From Bacteriovoracia bacterium (GTDB lineage: Bacteria; Bdellovibrionota; UBA1018; JBFWNL01), in the NCBI GenBank assembly GCA_050251055.1, contig JBFWNL010000003.1:96001-160000 (forward strand): DNA of 64,000 nucleotides, read 5' to 3'. Of the stretch, positions 28,644-37,810 are shown piece after piece (position 1 is the first letter of the stretch; the number at the start of each line of letters is the position of its first letter). The notes beneath the pieces were generated by a model. It had not been told where the DNA came from. It did no database searches and saw only the letters and a program-made list of their open reading frames with translations. The position numbers and the translations under genes are program-made.

Positions 28644-30263
28644 CTAAGCCATCACATCCAAGCGCCGGTCACTTTGACTGGTGCGGCTGTAAGGGCCGGC
28701 TCGCAGACCTTGGGCCCCATGGGCCGAAGATCCGCTCGCGTACGGAGACGCCTCTCGGTAATCTCTCACCGACGAGTCGTTGCCGCCGTAACCTTGGTCC
28801 TGACGGTAACCGGAACTCCCACCGCCCATCGGGTCAAATGCGTTTTGTCCCGCGAACTGTGAAAAATCCGGTTGCCCCGACGTATTGCCGTTGGCCATCG
28901 CCAAGTTCGAACCGTGCAGGTTCGGACCCGAAGAATGGGCCGCAGCATGCGCCAGCGTCACCTCCACCTTAGCCAAGCTCAGATTCTGTTGCGCGAGGCT
29001 GTCGCGGAGATATTTCACGCTCTCCTCGATAACCTGCTTCGCCGACGGATCCGTGGCTTGGATGCGGAGGCCGACTCGATTATCGACCGTGGCAACGTGG
29101 ACGCTCAGCTCGCCCAAGTTATCCGGTCGCAAGCGGATGCGGATTTCTCCGCCGCCGCGATTAGCTACCGAGCCGATCCCGTTGGATAGGCCGATCATCG
29201 ATTCGGAAGACAGTCGGTCTTTGGCCCACGCTCCCTGCACCACGTGCCCCGTTACTTCCACGGGCGGGGGAGCGATGCTTCGCTCCACGCGCGCGCCGTT
29301 AAGCGCGGGATTCGCCATGTGCTGGGCGCCATCCGGGGAGAGGGGCAAGGTCGAAGGCCGCAGGCGCTTTTCACCGGTGAGCATCCGCTCGGACGTTAGC
29401 CCGTCGGCGAAGGCCGCCGACTCCGCTACCGTCATTCCCTCGCCGAGCGCGGGCTTACCGCCCGCGTTTAACGTCGAGGATCCGTTCGCGCCTCCCGCTT
29501 TCATGCGGGCGGTCACGCGCGGATTGTCCCAAGCGCGATCCAGCTTGCCACCAAATTCGGTGGCGCCGGTCTCGGCGCCCGACTCGCGAGCCCCGTCCAA
29601 GGCGGCGAGATACTCGCCACCGGAGAGGCCAGCCCGGCTGACCGAAGCTTGGGGAGCCGATTCCGGATCCAACTCGCCCGGTAACGCGCCTTCCGCGGAG
29701 AGCGCACCCAACATCGAGTCCGCCGGATCCACGGCCTGCACCGAACCGTTGAGCTGGGCAATCCGGCTCTCTAAGCCAGAAGGCACGGACTTCGCCGTAG
29801 CCGCGTCTTGGCCCGTGAGGGCCGCGGCGCCGGCTTTGCCCGAAGGCTTGCCGATCTGGTTAGCGAGCGAATTCGTCGAGGCCATTTCCAAGCCGCTTCC
29901 CGAAGATCCGATTTTGGATAAATCGTTTCCTGCCTGACCGATCTGCTTGAGCTCGGCGGGCAAGGGTCCGGCTGACTTTGAAACTGCTTCCGCCCCCAGG
30001 GCCGACTGGCCGTTTTGGGGAGCGTTAGCGGGTTTCTCGACTGCGTTCGTTTCCGCTTTCTGCACCGGGATCTGCGCGGCACCCGCCGTGCTCCACTGTA
30101 CTAGGTCCGCCATATTCTCGGACTGTTTCAGCTGCTCGGCGAAGCCTCCGGACTTATCCGACTCCGCGGACTCCGCTCCGTTGGCCTTGGCGGACGTCTT
30201 CCTGACTCCGCCCGTGCTTGCGTTTCCCGTGCTTACTACTGGGTTCATTGCTATTTCCATCAT
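28644..30263 (-). CDS. fliK: Hook-length control protein FliK
   Basis: Low-complexity N-terminal part; C-terminal IRIRLRPDNLGELSV...LRDSLAQQNL domain; directly upstream of flgD. Confidence 0.9.
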   Translation of the reverse strand: MMEIAMNPVVSTGNASTGGVRKTSAKANGAESAESDKSGGFAEQLKQSENMADLVQWSTAGAAQIPVQKAETNAVEKPANAPQNGQSALGAEAVSKSAGPLPAELKQIGQAGNDLSKIGSSGSGLEMASTNSLANQIGKPSGKAGAAALTGQDAATAKSVPSGLESRIAQLNGSVQAVDPADSMLGALSAEGALPGELDPESAPQASVSRAGLSGGEYLAALDGARESGAETGATEFGGKLDRAWDNPRVTARMKAGGANGSSTLNAGGKPALGEGMTVAESAAFADGLTSERMLTGEKRLRPSTLPLSPDGAQHMANPALNGARVERSIAPPPVEVTGHVVQGAWAKDRLSSESMIGLSNGIGSVANRGGGEIRIRLRPDNLGELSVHVATVDNRVGLRIQATDPSAKQVIEESVKYLRDSLAQQNLSLAKVEVTLAHAAAHSSGPNLHGSNLAMANGNTSGQPDFSQFAGQNAFDPMGGGSSGYRQDQGYGGNDSSVRDYREASPYASGSSAHGAQGLRAGPYSRTSQSDRRLDVMA

Positions 30264-30802
30264 GGTTTTTCACCTCCTTTCTGATTGGTTTCATTGTGAC
30301 TTACTTTCTTGACCTTCTTTTTCATGGCCAGCAGCTCGGTCAACTCCTTCGACCGGCTGATCTCCATGATATTGAGAATCTTGGCGAGCTTGGGCGTCGA
30401 GATGCGCTCCATGGCGGCGACCGCGAGCTCGTTCTGCAGCTTCGAAATCAGCTCGGCGGATTTTTTCGGGCTCATGGTTTCCAAGGTTTCCACGAGCTTG
30501 GCGACCTTCTCCTCCTGCTTGCTATCCTGAACGAGCGATAACCCGGCGATCTCGGCCTTGAGAGCCTCAAGCCGCTTCATCTCGACTTCGAGCGCCTTTT
30601 TCATGTCGGCGAGTTCCGCTTCTTTTTCTTTGAGCGCCTTCTCCTTGGCTTCCACCGCTTCTTTATTCCGCCGCAGATCCAGCAGCACGGCTTCGTCCGC
30701 CAGGCAGCCCTCCGAGTCGGGGGCGGCGAAGCTCATGGGCGCCCAAGCGGCGAAGGCTACGATCAGAAGGCCGGCGGCGATGAGGGCGATTCCGCGGATC
30801 AT
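30260..30802 (-). CDS. MotE/FlbB-like periplasmic flagellar protein (coiled coil plus MgtE_N-like helices)
   Basis: Signal peptide, coiled coil, KLVETLETMSPKKSAELI...KLAKILNIM pattern; lies between fliJ and fliK. Confidence 0.75.
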   Translation of the reverse strand: MIRGIALIAAGLLIVAFAAWAPMSFAAPDSEGCLADEAVLLDLRRNKEAVEAKEKALKEKEAELADMKKALEVEMKRLEALKAEIAGLSLVQDSKQEEKVAKLVETLETMSPKKSAELISKLQNELAVAAMERISTPKLAKILNIMEISRSKELTELLAMKKKVKKVSHNETNQKGGEKP

Positions 30803-31251
30803 CCGACGTCCCCTCCCGCGCGCGCGCGCATGATGTAGAGGTCTCGCAGCTGACTCTCCGTCTGTTTGGCGATCTCCCGCTTGTATTTGTTGAAATCGCG
30901 CTCACGCAGCTTCTCAATGACCATGCGCTGGCGACGCGCATAGAGGTAAATCCGCAGCATCTTTTCTACTTTTTTGCGTTCGCGGATCAAAGCGTGGTCG
31001 GACTGAATGATCCGCTGTTTGGTGCCGACGATAAAATCCTGTTCCGTACGATAGGCGATAATGCTCGTAGGAATCTGCGCCAGCTGTTCCCGACGGGCGA
31101 GGGATTCATCCAAGTCGCGGATCAAGCCTTTTTTCCGCTCGACTTCGGCGGCGTAAGCGCGCTGGGCGTCGCTCAAAGCACGCATGGCGATCTTCTCTTG
31201 ATCGATCCGGACCTTCTCGACGGTTTCGAAGCGAAACTTGAAGCGTTTCAT
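30799..31251 (-). CDS. fliJ: Flagellar export protein FliJ
   Basis: MKRFKFRFETV.KVR N-terminus, about 150 aa coiled coil, IEKLRER. Confidence 0.88.
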   Translation of the reverse strand: MKRFKFRFETVEKVRIDQEKIAMRALSDAQRAYAAEVERKKGLIRDLDESLARREQLAQIPTSIIAYRTEQDFIVGTKQRIIQSDHALIRERKKVEKMLRIYLYARRQRMVIEKLRERDFNKYKREIAKQTESQLRDLYIMRARAGGDVG

Positions 31252-31389
31252 TCCTATCTACGATTCTCCGGTAACCCGCGAAAGAAACTAGACTGAAAGT
31301 TTTTCCGTCGGCAAATCCGGCGGTGGGTATTTTCTGCCCCTCAAACTTGTCTCTTTCCCGATGACGGGTTTCGACTAGCATGGATCATC

Positions 31390-32238
31390 ATGCGGCTTAT
31401 AAGGGTGCTCTTTGCTTGGCTTTGGATATTCGCCGCGCCCGGTGCCGCGGGCGCCATTACCCATTCCACGCTGGCGCCGGAAATCCAACGCATCCTTTCC
31501 CGGGGGCGCCTAATCGTGGCCCTAGAGCGCACTGACCGGGCGCCTTTTTTTTATCGCGACCCTCGATCGGGATCCCTGAAAGGAATCGATATCGAGCTCG
31601 CCCGGACGGTCGCCGAAAATTTGGCGGTCGAAGTTGAGTTTGACCGCAGCGCCGTCACGGCGGATGAGGCGGTACGCCGGGTGACCTCCGGCAAAGCCGA
31701 TATCGCCATCTCCCGCCTGAGCGTTAACTTAAACTGGGCCATCAGCGCCCGATTTACCCGCCCTTATCTCGTACTGAACCAAGCTCAGCTCGTGAATCGC
31801 CTGCGCCGGGCCCGGACCCCTAATCGCTCCCCTTTCGGGAGCCTCGGCGAGTCCCGCGCGCGCCGGGCCGTCGGCTATCTCAAGGGGAGTGCCTACGAAT
31901 TCTTTGCCCAACGGTATTACCCCGATGCCTATCCTATCCCCTATAACTCCCTGGAGGGAATGTTCGAAGACGTGTTGCGCGGCGAGATCGACTCCGCCAT
32001 CAGCGATTCACGCTCGATCCGCGGCTGGTTGCGAGCCGCTCCTCAAAACGGGATCCAGACCGAAGCGTTGACCTTTCCGGATCGCCAGGATCAGCTGGCC
32101 ATGGCGGTGGCCTGGCACTCACCACAGCTGCACGCCTGGATAAATCTATTTCTAGAGCAAGCCGAGAAGACGGGTCTCCTTGAACGCATCGTGGCCGCGC
32201 ACGAGGCGGGTGAACCTTCGGGAGGAAAATCCCATTGA
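31390..32238 (+). CDS. Family 3 (amino-acid type) solute-binding protein
   Basis: Signal peptide; I.RI.SRG.L.VA, APF, GIDIELA, G.ADIAIS, FTRPY, WINLFL. Confidence 0.88.
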   Translation: MRLIRVLFAWLWIFAAPGAAGAITHSTLAPEIQRILSRGRLIVALERTDRAPFFYRDPRSGSLKGIDIELARTVAENLAVEVEFDRSAVTADEAVRRVTSGKADIAISRLSVNLNWAISARFTRPYLVLNQAQLVNRLRRARTPNRSPFGSLGESRARRAVGYLKGSAYEFFAQRYYPDAYPIPYNSLEGMFEDVLRGEIDSAISDSRSIRGWLRAAPQNGIQTEALTFPDRQDQLAMAVAWHSPQLHAWINLFLEQAEKTGLLERIVAAHEAGEPSGGKSH

Positions 32239-33482
32239 TTTATCGGGTCCTACTTAACCCGTGGTTTCTGCTCGGTACGCTCGCTTTGAGCGCGCTGACC
32301 GGAACGTTCGCGCGTGACTTCGCTCTGGGTATCGGAAAGTATGGGCACCTCTATATCAACCTTCTGCAGATGACGGTGATTCCAGTCCTTATCACAGCCG
32401 TGGTTTCCAGCATGGGACGACTCATCGAAGTGCACGGCTTCACGCGGTGGCTGATGAAACTGACCCTGGTTTCCCTGCTTTTTCTCGCCCTAGCGAGCCT
32501 AATCGGAATTTTGGGCGGCATGATCACCCGCCCGGGCGCGGGTCTTACGGAAGAAGCGCGGGCCATGATCGGCAAGGTACTCAGTGAGGCCGAAACGCGC
32601 GGCGACGCCTCCGTCGCTCGCTCCGTGTCCTTCTTCGAGATGATACGGGACATGATCCCCATCAATCCCGTAGCCGCCATCAGCCAAGGCAAGCACTTGG
32701 CCATACTCTTCTTCTCCCTGGTCCTAGGCATCGCATTGGGATTTGGAGAACCGGCGGCCCGTGACGTCACCCTACGGGTAGCGGAGGCGCTCTACGCCGC
32801 CCAGTTAAAAATCATTCATTGGACGCTTTGCGCCCTACCATTCGGCATCTTTTGCATTTTTTCCGAACAAATCGCCAATATGGGCCTCGGCATTTTCCGC
32901 GCCATGGGGGGGTTTGTGCTCTTCAGCATTGCCTTGGCGTTTGTCACCAGCCTGCTCTACGTCGGCGTCATCGCCCGCGTCTCGCGCCTGCCGTTCTTGC
33001 AAGCCTTAGCGGCCCTCAAACGGGTCATTTCGGTCTCGTTCGTAACCGCCAGTAGCTTCGCTTCCATTCCCGTAATGATCGAAGCGCTCGTCAAAGGATT
33101 CCGACGTGACGTCCGCGACGTCAACCTCATCGTGCCGTTAGCCGTGAACCTCAATCGTCAGGGATCGTCGATTTACATGGCTTTCGCTTTCATGTTCGTC
33201 GCGCAGTTATACTCGCTGCCAATCCCGATCGATTCCCTACTGCTCGTCTGGGGTTTATGCGCCCTCTCCGGCATGATTCCCGCGGGTATCGTCGGTCTTA
33301 TTCCGATCGTGTTCACGCCCGTCGGCCTCCCCATCGAAGTCGGCATTACGCTCTTGCTCGCCGTCGAAGTACTGCTCGATCCCGTCTTCACGGTAGTGAA
33401 CGCGCTGGGTTTCTGCTCGACGTCCCTGCTCTTTTCCCGATCAAGCCCGAAATCTCTCGGTGCGGAGGAGGCCTCTCCTTGA
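32235..33482 (+). CDS. Dicarboxylate/amino acid:cation symporter (DAACS/SLC1) family, divergent
   Basis: YINLLQM.VIP, MIPINP..A, AILFFS...G.AL, LPFGIF, TASSFASIP (HP1), GLP.E...LLAVE.LLD..T.VN; TTGA overlap with the upstream gene. Confidence 0.88.
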   Translation: MIYRVLLNPWFLLGTLALSALTGTFARDFALGIGKYGHLYINLLQMTVIPVLITAVVSSMGRLIEVHGFTRWLMKLTLVSLLFLALASLIGILGGMITRPGAGLTEEARAMIGKVLSEAETRGDASVARSVSFFEMIRDMIPINPVAAISQGKHLAILFFSLVLGIALGFGEPAARDVTLRVAEALYAAQLKIIHWTLCALPFGIFCIFSEQIANMGLGIFRAMGGFVLFSIALAFVTSLLYVGVIARVSRLPFLQALAALKRVISVSFVTASSFASIPVMIEALVKGFRRDVRDVNLIVPLAVNLNRQGSSIYMAFAFMFVAQLYSLPIPIDSLLLVWGLCALSGMIPAGIVGLIPIVFTPVGLPIEVGITLLLAVEVLLDPVFTVVNALGFCSTSLLFSRSSPKSLGAEEASP

Positions 33483-34516
33483 AGCAAGCACGCAACTTCG
33501 TCGTCGTCGCCTTGGTCTCCGCTCTTTACGCTTGCAGCGGGACCCCGCCGCCCAATCCCCTCATCATCGCCACCTGGCCGGGGTACCAAGTCCTGGAGTT
33601 GAACGAATCGTTTACTCGGCAAACCGGAATTCCAGTCTCCGTGCGCATCTACGAATCCAACGAAGAGCTCATCGCCAAGCTCAAAGCTGGCATCGGAAAC
33701 TACGACGTGATCGTGCCTTCTGATTACGCGGTATCCACCCTGATTCGGGAAGGGTTGATCTTGCCCCTACGCCGGGAAAGCCTGCCTTTTTTGGGAATCG
33801 ACCCGCGATTCCTGGACCGTACCTTCGATCCAGGCAACCAGTACTCGATTCCTTTTGCATGGGGCGTGACCGGAATCGCCTACCGGCACGACCTGTGGCC
33901 CGCCGGCGTCGCCAGCTGGAGCGATCTCTTCGGAAATCCTCGCCTGCACGATCGGTTCACCATCTTAAACGACAGCCGCGAAGCGTTGGGAGCCGCGCTT
34001 AAAGCGCAGGGAAACAGCCTTAACGCGACTAAGCGCGAAGCCCTCGAACGGGCAACCGAACGCTTGATCGCCTCCCGCCGAGCGGCCAAGGGTTTGATCA
34101 TGGACGCTACGGATCTCTTAGCGAGTGGCGAAATTGTCGCGGCCCACGCCTACTCCAATGACGCCACCCGGGCGGCGCGCGTAAGCGGGAAGCCCATTCG
34201 CTTTTCCGTGCCACGCGAGGGCGCCACGCGCTGGACCGACAGCTTGGCGATTCCCATGGGCTCCCGGCAAGTGGAAGCGGCCTATCGGTGGATACGGTTC
34301 ATGTACGAGCCCCGCCATAACCTTACCTTCGTGGACGCCACGTCCGTGGGCGCCGTACTGCTGGATACGCAGAAGAACCTTTCTCCGGAGAACCGAAGAA
34401 ATCCGACGATTGTGCCCGCGCGTGATTTTGGGAAAGACTTAGAGGAAATCAAGGATCTGGGTGAGAGCCAAACCACTTGGGACCGTGCCTGGAAACGCGT
34501 ACAGATCGGCTACTAG
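33479..34516 (+). CDS. PotD/PotF-like polyamine-binding lipoprotein
   Basis: TTG 33479 behind GGAGG; lipobox LYAC; TWPGY, F..QTGI.V, ESNEELIAKL, YDVIVPSDY, DPGNQYSIPFAWG, PREGA.RWTDSLAIP. Confidence 0.88.
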   Translation: MKQARNFVVVALVSALYACSGTPPPNPLIIATWPGYQVLELNESFTRQTGIPVSVRIYESNEELIAKLKAGIGNYDVIVPSDYAVSTLIREGLILPLRRESLPFLGIDPRFLDRTFDPGNQYSIPFAWGVTGIAYRHDLWPAGVASWSDLFGNPRLHDRFTILNDSREALGAALKAQGNSLNATKREALERATERLIASRRAAKGLIMDATDLLASGEIVAAHAYSNDATRAARVSGKPIRFSVPREGATRWTDSLAIPMGSRQVEAAYRWIRFMYEPRHNLTFVDATSVGAVLLDTQKNLSPENRRNPTIVPARDFGKDLEEIKDLGESQTTWDRAWKRVQIGY

Positions 34517-34531
34517 CCCCAAGCTCGGAGA

Positions 34532-35893
34532 CTAACTTCGATACGCATCGCCGGCCCGGCTGATCGCCAACATCATGGCTTGCGCCTCCGGCAACCGCAC
34601 CACGTCTTCCACGCCTTGGCGCAGGAACTGCGTGATCCGATCGTTAAGCTGCACCGCCTGGTCGATCTTGGGGTTGCTCCCTTTCACGTAGGCGCCGATG
34701 TTAATCAAGTCCTCGGACTGATTGTACACCGCCATCCACTCCCGGATCTGGGAAGCGTGCCGTCGTTGATCGGGCGTGGCCACGGTGGACATCAGGCGGC
34801 TGACGCTCTGGAGAACATCGATGGCAGGATAATGATTCCGCTCGGCGAGGCGGCGGGTAAGCACGATGTGGCCGTCGAGGATCGAGCGGGCGGCATCGGC
34901 GATGGGATCGTCCATGTCGTCGCCCTCTACCAGCACGGTATACAGGCCGGTGATGCTGCCCCGGTCCTTGGCCGTCCCCGCGCGCTCCAGGAGCTTGGGG
35001 AGCGTCGAAAAAACGCTGGGCGTGTAGCCCTTGGAAGCGGGAGGCTCTCCCAGGGAAAGGCCGATCTCCCGCTGAGCCATGCAAAAACGAGTGACCGAAT
35101 CCATAAGCAAAAGCACGTCTTGGCCCTGGTCTCGAAAATACTCGGCGATCGTCGTGGCGAGAAACGCCCCGCGCATGCGAATCAGCGGTGCGGTGTCGGA
35201 AGTGGCTACCACGACCACCGATCGGCGTAGGCCTTCTTCGCCCAAATCGCGCTCGATGAACTCCCGAACCTCGCGCCCGCGCTCACCGATGAGGGCGATC
35301 ACGTTCACGTCCGCGGCGGTGTTTTTGGCCATCATGCCCAGTAAAACCGACTTGCCTACGCCGGAGCCGGCGAAAACGCCTACCCGCTGACCCTTACCGC
35401 AGGTGAGGAGTCCGTCGATCGCCTTCACGCCCAAGCTCAAAGGATCCTTGATCCGCTCTCGACTCAAAGGATCCGACGGCCGTTGGTAAAGACCACGTTC
35501 TTCGTGCGGCACTCCGTCCAGGATCAGAGGGCCCTTGCCGTCGATCGGAAATCCGCGGGCGTCGATCACGCGTCCCAAGAGGCTTTGGCTGACGGACATC
35601 GTGGAGACGCGCTTCTTCAGCACGACCAGGCTATCGTTATTCACGCCGCGCACATCCTCGAACGGCATGAGCATCACGCGCTTGTCGCGAAAGCCAATGA
35701 CTTCAGCGTCGATACCCTGGTCTTCGGCACGCTCATGCGAAGTGTGGATGCGGCAGAGACTCCCAATGGCCGCGCCGGGCAGGGTCGCTTCGTAGACCAG
35801 GCCTAATGATTTCGTGAGCTTGCCCGCCTCGTGATAGATCAAAGCGGATCCGAGCCGATCTTGGTACTTGCGGGCGGGAATGGACCAACTCAC
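34532..35893 (-). CDS. fliI: Flagellar export ATPase FliI
   Basis: FAGSGVGKS, LIGERGREVREF, LLLMDSVTR, DGHIVL; start placed at GTG 35893 behind AGGAG. Confidence 0.97.
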   Translation of the reverse strand: MSWSIPARKYQDRLGSALIYHEAGKLTKSLGLVYEATLPGAAIGSLCRIHTSHERAEDQGIDAEVIGFRDKRVMLMPFEDVRGVNNDSLVVLKKRVSTMSVSQSLLGRVIDARGFPIDGKGPLILDGVPHEERGLYQRPSDPLSRERIKDPLSLGVKAIDGLLTCGKGQRVGVFAGSGVGKSVLLGMMAKNTAADVNVIALIGERGREVREFIERDLGEEGLRRSVVVVATSDTAPLIRMRGAFLATTIAEYFRDQGQDVLLLMDSVTRFCMAQREIGLSLGEPPASKGYTPSVFSTLPKLLERAGTAKDRGSITGLYTVLVEGDDMDDPIADAARSILDGHIVLTRRLAERNHYPAIDVLQSVSRLMSTVATPDQRRHASQIREWMAVYNQSEDLINIGAYVKGSNPKIDQAVQLNDRITQFLRQGVEDVVRLPEAQAMMLAISRAGDAYRS

Positions 35894-35904
35894 CGAATTT
35901 TCTC

Positions 35905-36756
35905 CTAACCGCCGGAGGCGCTTTGCAGCGCCTCGTGAATGCTCTTCAGCTGGGTTTCGATGCTGGCGTCGATCGCGTTCCACTCGGTTTCCACGATGCA
36001 GCCGCCACCGCGAACGTCCGCCGAAGCTTCGATACGCAGGTTCTTTGTTTCGCCCAGGTTTTTCTGGAGATCTTCCTTGAGGATCTCCAGGCTCTTCATG
36101 TCACTGGGGTTGATCAGGATCGTGACATTTTCGCGGGTACCGATCCGTTCGATCAGCTGCGCGGCGAGCTTCGACACCACCGTGGGATCCGCTTGCAGCT
36201 CCTTTAGCAACAGCGTCTTGGCGACCTGGAATACGATCTCTACCAATACCTTTTCGTTTTCTTCGAAAATCTTGGCCTTCGCGCCCTCGAGCGACCGTAA
36301 AAGCTCGTCGAACTTCTTGACCCGATCCGTACCCTCGGCCCGAAACTTCATGAAGGCTTCTTCGTATCCTTTTTTCAGTCCTTCTTCGTACCCTCGTGCG
36401 TCGGCCTGCTTGCGTACGTCGTCCTCGACCTGCTTCACGCGATTGGTGACGCGCTCTTCGATCACCCGTTTTTCCTCTTCCTCCACCGAAAGGGGCCCGC
36501 GCAGCAACGGGTTGAGGGTGAACCGCGAATCTTTTTGAGTCTTCGCCTTGCGCTCGACGTCGGTTGCCGCCAAAGGCCCATACTTCGCCTTGATCTGGGA
36601 GTAGGTTTGGCCGCTCCGTTTGTCGAGCTTCTCCATGCGGTAAGGCTGCGGCTCCGTGGCCTGGGCCATGGGCTTCATCACCCGGACCGCCTCGGAGCTT
36701 TCTCCGGCGGCTCCCTCCGATTGCACCTGAAATGGCTGAAATTTGGTGATCGCCAT
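35905..36756 (-). CDS. fliH: Flagellar assembly protein FliH
   Basis: GYEEGLKKGYEE repeat; INPSD; GGCIVET...IDASIETQL. Confidence 0.93.
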   Translation of the reverse strand: MAITKFQPFQVQSEGAAGESSEAVRVMKPMAQATEPQPYRMEKLDKRSGQTYSQIKAKYGPLAATDVERKAKTQKDSRFTLNPLLRGPLSVEEEEKRVIEERVTNRVKQVEDDVRKQADARGYEEGLKKGYEEAFMKFRAEGTDRVKKFDELLRSLEGAKAKIFEENEKVLVEIVFQVAKTLLLKELQADPTVVSKLAAQLIERIGTRENVTILINPSDMKSLEILKEDLQKNLGETKNLRIEASADVRGGGCIVETEWNAIDASIETQLKSIHEALQSASGG

Positions 36757-36784
36757 CGACTATGCCTTTCCCTTACGCCCGGGC

Positions 36785-37798
36785 TTACACCAGGGCGTCC
36801 GCCTCGCCGCCGCGGGCGATGAGGATCTTGCCCTCTGCCTCCAGCCGCTTGGCCACGTTGACGATTTCCTGCTGGGCCGCCTCGACGTCGGAGAGACGCA
36901 CCGGTCCCATCGCTTCCAGGTCCTCGCGCAGCAAATCGGCCGCGCGCTTGGAGATGTTCTTGAAGATCTTTTCCTTGATCTCCTCGGGAGCGGTCTTGAG
37001 CGCGATGACGAGCTTGTCGTTCGGCACTTCCTTGAGCAGCACCTGCATGCCACGGTCGTCGATGAAGATAATATCCTCGAAGACGAACATGAGCTTGCGG
37101 ATTTCCTCGGCCAGCTGCGGGTCTTTTTCTTCGACGCGGGCCATGATGTTTTGCTCGGTGTTCTTATCCATGACGTTGAGCATCTCGGCGATCGGCTGCA
37201 CGCCGCCCAGTTGCTGGGTGTCGATCGAACCCAAGGTCGCCAACTCTTGCTTAAGCACCTCGTCGACCTGCGCAATGAGGGTCGGCGAGATATAGTCGAG
37301 GTTTGAAATTCTGAGCACAACCTCGGTCTGGATCGCTTCCGGCAGGCGTTTGAGCACGTCGCACTTCTTGCCCGCCTCCAAGTGAGCCAGGATAAGGGCA
37401 ATCGTCTGCGGGTGTTCGTTGACCAAGAAGTTCGAGAGCGTGCGCGGGTCGACCAGCTCGAGCGCCTCGAGCGTCCGGCTGCCCTCGACCACGGAAAGTT
37501 GGCCTAGCACCGTTTTCGCCCGCTCTTCGCCCAAGGTCTCTAAGACGAAGTCGCGTCCCTGCGCGTGGCCGAAGATCAGGATGTCCTGCTCCGCGATTTC
37601 GGTATAAAAATTTTCGAGTACCTGCTTAACCAGCGGGATCGGGACTTTGGTGACCTTGCCCATGGCGGTGACCAACAACTTCACGTCGTTGTCCTTCATG
37701 TTCTTGAAGACCTGGGCCGTGACGTGATTGCCCAAGACGTTGAGCAATACCGCCGCCTTCTCCATCCCCGTCATGCTGGCTAACGCATCCGCGCTCAT
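36785..37798 (-). CDS. fliG: Flagellar motor switch protein FliG
   Basis: EKAAVLL, EHPQTIALIL, MFVFED, GPVRLSDVEAAQ. Confidence 0.98.
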   Translation of the reverse strand: MSADALASMTGMEKAAVLLNVLGNHVTAQVFKNMKDNDVKLLVTAMGKVTKVPIPLVKQVLENFYTEIAEQDILIFGHAQGRDFVLETLGEERAKTVLGQLSVVEGSRTLEALELVDPRTLSNFLVNEHPQTIALILAHLEAGKKCDVLKRLPEAIQTEVVLRISNLDYISPTLIAQVDEVLKQELATLGSIDTQQLGGVQPIAEMLNVMDKNTEQNIMARVEEKDPQLAEEIRKLMFVFEDIIFIDDRGMQVLLKEVPNDKLVIALKTAPEEIKEKIFKNISKRAADLLREDLEAMGPVRLSDVEAAQQEIVNVAKRLEAEGKILIARGGEADALV

Positions 37799-37810
37799 AG
37801 CACCCTCTCC

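Noticed and set aside
31252-31389. Sigma28 promoter or insertion-site repeats at the cassette boundary
   Set aside because: Candidate TAAA/CCGAT-like boxes have the wrong spacing; no direct or inverted terminal repeat matches the other boundary.
33257-33478. N-terminal extension of the PotD-like ORF (likewise the extended starts of fliI, mlaF and both activators)
   Set aside because: These extensions overlap upstream genes or lack family similarity; better starts with SD sequences, and a lipobox for PotD, lie downstream.
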